Shown piece after piece: positions 59,284-64,000 of a stretch of DNA of 64,000 nt. The stretch's first letter is position 1, and the number at the start of each line of letters is the position of its first letter. Source of the DNA: Podarcis erhardii. Taxonomy: Eukaryota. The DNA lies in assembly GCA_964252035.1 (NCBI GenBank), contig OZ176204.1. One strand, written 5' to 3'. The translations under genes and the position numbers were made by a program. The notes under the pieces are model-generated. The model was not told the DNA's origin. It did no database searches and was given only the letters and a program-made list of their open reading frames with translations.

Positions 59284-62200
59284 TGTGCCTTTAACAGCAG
59301 CCTGACACGCAGAAATGAAGCTGGCAAACCTTTTCCCAGCCCAGAGACAAAAGGACGGGAAAAGCTTTCAAAAAAGAGTCACAGCCTTTCTTGTCTCATT
59401 GCAATCTACTGCCACAACCACCTGCACAATTCCTTTCTGGCCAACTATTGCCACAGGTCTTCCAGAATTTCCTGGGAATGGATTGCTCCTCTAAAATTTT
59501 AAATGTGGAAAATTGGTAGCCGTTTGTATATACATACATAAGCACCACTTGCAAGTTGTTTAACGGTGCCAGTGCACGGTTTCCCATGATGACTATTTCA
59601 GGTCCAATTGCCGCACGGGAGTACGCAGACTCTAAATGAATAATGTGGACTTTTATATCCAGAAACTGAGGGATTTACAGGTCTGTAAATAGCCACTTGC
59701 CTGGTTGTTTGTAACAAGGAAGAATCACTGAAGTTGCCTGCAGAGATTGCTTTCAAAGTGAGAGTTGGTTCCACCTTACTTAGGGAAATCTAAGCAAATG
59801 TTATCCCTCTTTAATGTTTTATTGATTCTTTCACACAATGCGGCAACAGACTTGCAGGTGATAAGGAGCTGTAACAAGTGCTTTAAATGTGCAATGAAAA
59901 CACTCACAAACTGTTTACAGCTATTCAGAATGATAGCTCTGTTAAAAACAAAGCACACATGCATCATTGCTGTGGCACACAGGAATGATAAAAAATACCT
60001 GTAATCTGCTGTATATAGTCTTACTCCCCCCCCCCCCGCCCCAAGCTGATGTTTCGTCAGAATTAGAACTTGCTGGGTCTCATAGTTTAACTGGAAGCCC
60101 CTAGACTTTAGCTGCAGGTCAGGGGGCCCAGCAGGAAGGAGTTAAATTACTCTACCCCAATGCAAAGTGCTGCCTCTCCAAGTCCTTTGCTAGACACAGT
60201 TCTATGATCTGACCTGATCTCATGTAGGATGCTTGGAAGTTTTGCAGAAGGCAGGGCTCACCTGCTTATTCTCTGCCATTTGCTTTATTTAGTAGGGGGA
60301 GTCAACAGCTTTCTGGTGCCTGAGGCGGAAAATCTCAAAGACGTACTAATTCCAGACATACCAAATCAGTTCAAGACAGCTTTTTCTAACCAGCATTAGC
60401 TCTTTATTTATTCAAGATCATTTTTATTCTTCCTTAACACGTGGATGTACACAGAAGGCATTGTATCTAAAAATATAAAAGCATAAGAGACTATGCCAGA
60501 TTTAAAAACCACAGAGTCAAAAACTTATAGCGGCTAATGGAAAGCTCACCTAAAACAAAATGGCCCAGGCTGAGGTTTTTGCCAATCTTGTGATACAAGA
60601 CCTTAAACTGGGATGCCAGGGGCTGAGACCTTCTGCATTCAAACCATGTGCTCTGCCCCTGGTGTTTTCCCTAAAACTTGCTTTATACTGCGTCAGACCA
60701 CTGGGCCAGCAAGCTCAGGATGATGCACTTTACACCTTGTTAATTTAGAGATGGCCGTGACCCTGAGGGTCATCTGGCCTGACCCCCTGCAATGCTGGAG
60801 TCTCAGCTATGGCATCCATGGCAGATAGGGCACAATGTCACACGAAGTTCTCTTCTGCAAGTTCCACTGAAATGTAGCTGCACAAAAGAAACAGCTCCAA
60901 AAGCTTAAAATCACTATTTAGGTGGGAGGTTTCCCCAGAAAAGCTCTACAATTTGGCAACCCTAAGAATTAACAAAGCTATGCTAGAAGCTTTAGAAAGC
61001 ACGTTTAAAGAAAAAACCACCAATGTACATATTTCTGCACACCTAGGGAGTCCCCTGAGTATGGGCACGCCCTTATTTTTGGGTGGCCCTGTTTCACTTC
61101 CAAACTGAGATGTGCTTAACTACCTGAGTTTAATGTGTGTATATCTCCAAGCAGGAAGCGGAGGGATTGGCAAGAATCTACTTTAAACGGCTAAGTTTGG
61201 CTTCCTTAAGTTTCTTTGAAGAGATATCCTATGCAGTGCTTTGAAGAAGTATGAATCCTGGCTTGACTGCTGTCGAGCGCTTATGAGGATAACACCCTCC
61301 CACCCTTTCACACCTATGTTCCCGGACTAAAACATTCATGAGTTTTTCATTTTGATGGATTTCAGCTTTCAAAGGCATTTCCACAGCCTTATCCTCTGTG
61401 AATAACTAAATCAGTTTGACTGGTGTTTTTTCTTGCTTTTGAAGTATGACTAAAGAAGCGGATAGGAAATCTCTGTAAGGTTGTAAAGAGCAACTTTTTC
61501 TGGTATCTTAATAATTAGGTTACTACCTTTTAAGCTAACACCTTCAATTATTTTTATTAAGAATACAGTGATGTTTGCTAAGGGCAAATCCTTGTCTGTC
61601 ACATAGAAGCCTGAGTGTTTTTTAAATATGCAATACATGCTACTATTCACAGAAGGGTACATTTAAAGGCACAATTTCCTTGCAGCTGATTCTCCATGGT
61701 GTGTTCAACCCATGCGACTTCCTCAGTCACTTGGGAAGTGCATGTTTAAAATTACATTAATGTCCCTTTAAACACTCAGGGCCAAACCACGCAAGGCACC
61801 ACACATGAAAATAAATGCTTAACATTGAGGCACCAATAGCAGATTTTTTTAAAGAAGATGCATAGGGTACCGTGGGACCACAGTGCACCCAGGAGTCCTA
61901 ACCTTTCCTCCTGATGTCATGATCCTGATGAAAACTGCCACCTACACCCTACTGCTGGTGTCAGTGGGGGGTTCCCCCTGCCCAAGGCTAACAGCAGCAA
62001 GGAAAGGGCTGGGATCACTGGGATCAGAACTTGTAAGAGTTAAACTTCCCCTGCCCGTGCACTGGTGGTTCCAGGGGAAACCGCTCGTCCCTCGTGACTA
62101 TTATTCATTGTTTTTTCAAACATCCTTGATGAACTTCCAAGTGACACATTTAGCATCATGTCTTGTTTGATCCTCAGAAGAGACAACTAGGGAAGTCTTT

Positions 62201-64000
62201 GGCCCTTGCTTCTAAGTATTTCATAACAGCAGGCAAATGTACAAAAACAGTTGATCTGAGTCCTACCCATGCACCTTTGATTGAAAGTAGGCCCTACTTA
62301 ATATTTGTCTGGGGGAAAAGGCAGATAGATGTATTAGGTGCAACAGAGGGAACTCTATGCCTGCCTTGCCACATCTGCACACACAGACTGGAACTGCCTT
62401 CTAAGGAGCAAGCGTCCCTAGCAAAGGCTTCCAAGTAAATAGGCATAGGTTTGGGCTAGTAAATTTATATGACAAAAGGTTATTATAGGATGACCTCTCC
62501 ATTAAGAAGTTTCTTGCAAAAAAGCACACCTTGACGTGTGCTTTATATATTGTAATTTTATGTTCTGAACTGCCCTAAGATCTACGGATGAAGGGTGGTG
62601 TTCAAAATAAATAAATAAATAAATTTCCAGTTTATGGCTTCATGGGATAGCCTCTGAAGGGGAAAACAATGCCTTGAGGTGTCATTAGCTTGGTATGAGT
62701 GACTACAAACTCAACCCTTCCTACTAGGAATGAGCTCAGGATCGGGGTGAGGTTTCCTTGTTGTACAACTAGCACTTTCCATCCTCTTGAACTTTCAGTG
62801 CTGTCGGGGGACTTCTGCGGCTGGCTATGGAGCTGGAAATTGCCCTTGGAAGTGGAATCTGTTCCAGCTTGACCTCGTCCTCTCCTGAGCTGTTCCTGGC
62901 CCACTTCCAGGCATTCACAATGCAGGATTCTTGCATTCTTTTACACTGTGAACAGAGCTTCCAGTGTTCTCCAAGCATGTTATCTATAATCAGGGTTTAC
63001 TCTGATGCCACCGGTGACAGGCATCTTCATTGGCCTAATGGGAAAGAACTCTAGCTTCGTGTTCTGCCTTCATTCATGCCCAGTTGCACAAACAGCCCTT
63101 GCTATTTAATACAATGCTCAGTTAGCAGAGGAGAGCATTCAAAATTAGGAACTCCCATGTGCAGTCTGAAATAGTACAGAACACCCTACCACTTCAGGAG
63201 TAAATCCCACCTCCTCCTGTTGCAGGTGGCCCCACCCAAAAAGGATGTTGTTGGTATAGTATGGAACAGGGAACTTTGACTGAAATTGAACTGTGAAACT
63301 AAAAAATGTAACTTTTATTGACTCCTCCATTAGGATTTACAGAAGAGTCACCACCATTGTTTTCTCCATACACAACACTGAACACAATGGTGGTAATTGC
63401 TGACAGGACATTTCTCCCTGATAATCTTATAAAGCAGAGGCGAATACCTACAAAGGGCCCCAAAAAGCTTTTGATATGGTCTCCTATCTATTACAGGCCA
63501 CACACAGCTGTTTTAAAAGTACAATCCTACAAGAACAACAGAGCCCAGTGTTGGTTGCAATAAAGTTCTCCTCCTGCCACCAGGCAAGATAAGAGCAGAT
63601 CGTGAGCAGTTCGCTTGCCATGCCTGCCTGCCTGTGTGGTATGCCACCATATAGTAAATGGCCTCCTATGTCCACATTTTGTTGTTCATGTAAAGGGAGG
63701 TAAAGCAGAGGAACAAAAGAGCATGGCCTTCCTGTAGCCATTTGGCTTCCTTTAATCTAGGGGCCAGGTATGGTCAGTTTCTGTATTCTCCACAAACTGG
63801 TTTATAAGCCAAGTGTATTTTCTGTGATAAAGCAACTTTATCACTAACCAACTTTTTCTGTTTGCAAACCATCCCTTCTCTGATTACTTAATAGTAATTC
63901 TTACATCATGGGCCACCACATTCATGGGTTCCGGCCGTGCTGTGTGGTGCAGGTAGTAATAATGGCATTTTGCCCCAAGAATCAACATACACAATGCCCT

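Noticed and set aside
62769-62978. ORF with VKLEQIPLPRA resembling PRR5 exon 6 (VKLEDALARA)
   Set aside because: No similarity beyond a few residues, no GKEPSVRQLALLHFR motif, ends in a stop without a donor; the true exon is likely beyond 64000

Overview
Vertebrate genomic DNA from a squamate reptile. A lacertid lizard is likely, inferred from the repeat content. The minus strand carries the last two exons of PRR5 (Protor-1; 58027-57889 and 56022-55469). It then carries a CpG island (~34.4-35.3 kb) and seven coding exons of ARHGAP8 (20983 down to 3459), covering the BCH/CRAL-TRIO domain, the proline-rich linker and the start of the RhoGAP domain. Both genes run off the window. Splice phases permit an in-frame PRR5-ARHGAP8 read-through protein as known in human. 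Unlike human, the spliced ARHGAP8 frame here has no Met for about 233 codons, so the start codon must come from elsewhere. The rest is transposon-rich: a young 5'-truncated L1 nested in CR1, a 2.1-kb TSD-flanked L1-like non-autonomous element with a 200-aa orphan ORF, a 4.36-kb hAT with a decayed transposase and an apparent captured CpG-rich fragment, an RTEX-like LINE, Penelope-like fragments with hammerhead motifs and fold-back palindromes, a solo LTR, Tigger/pogo-like and hAT MITEs, tRNA-headed SINEs, L2/CR1/BovB fragments and microsatellites. No rRNA, bona fide tRNA genes or CRISPR arrays were found. All calls are by eye and from recalled protein families; no database searches were run.
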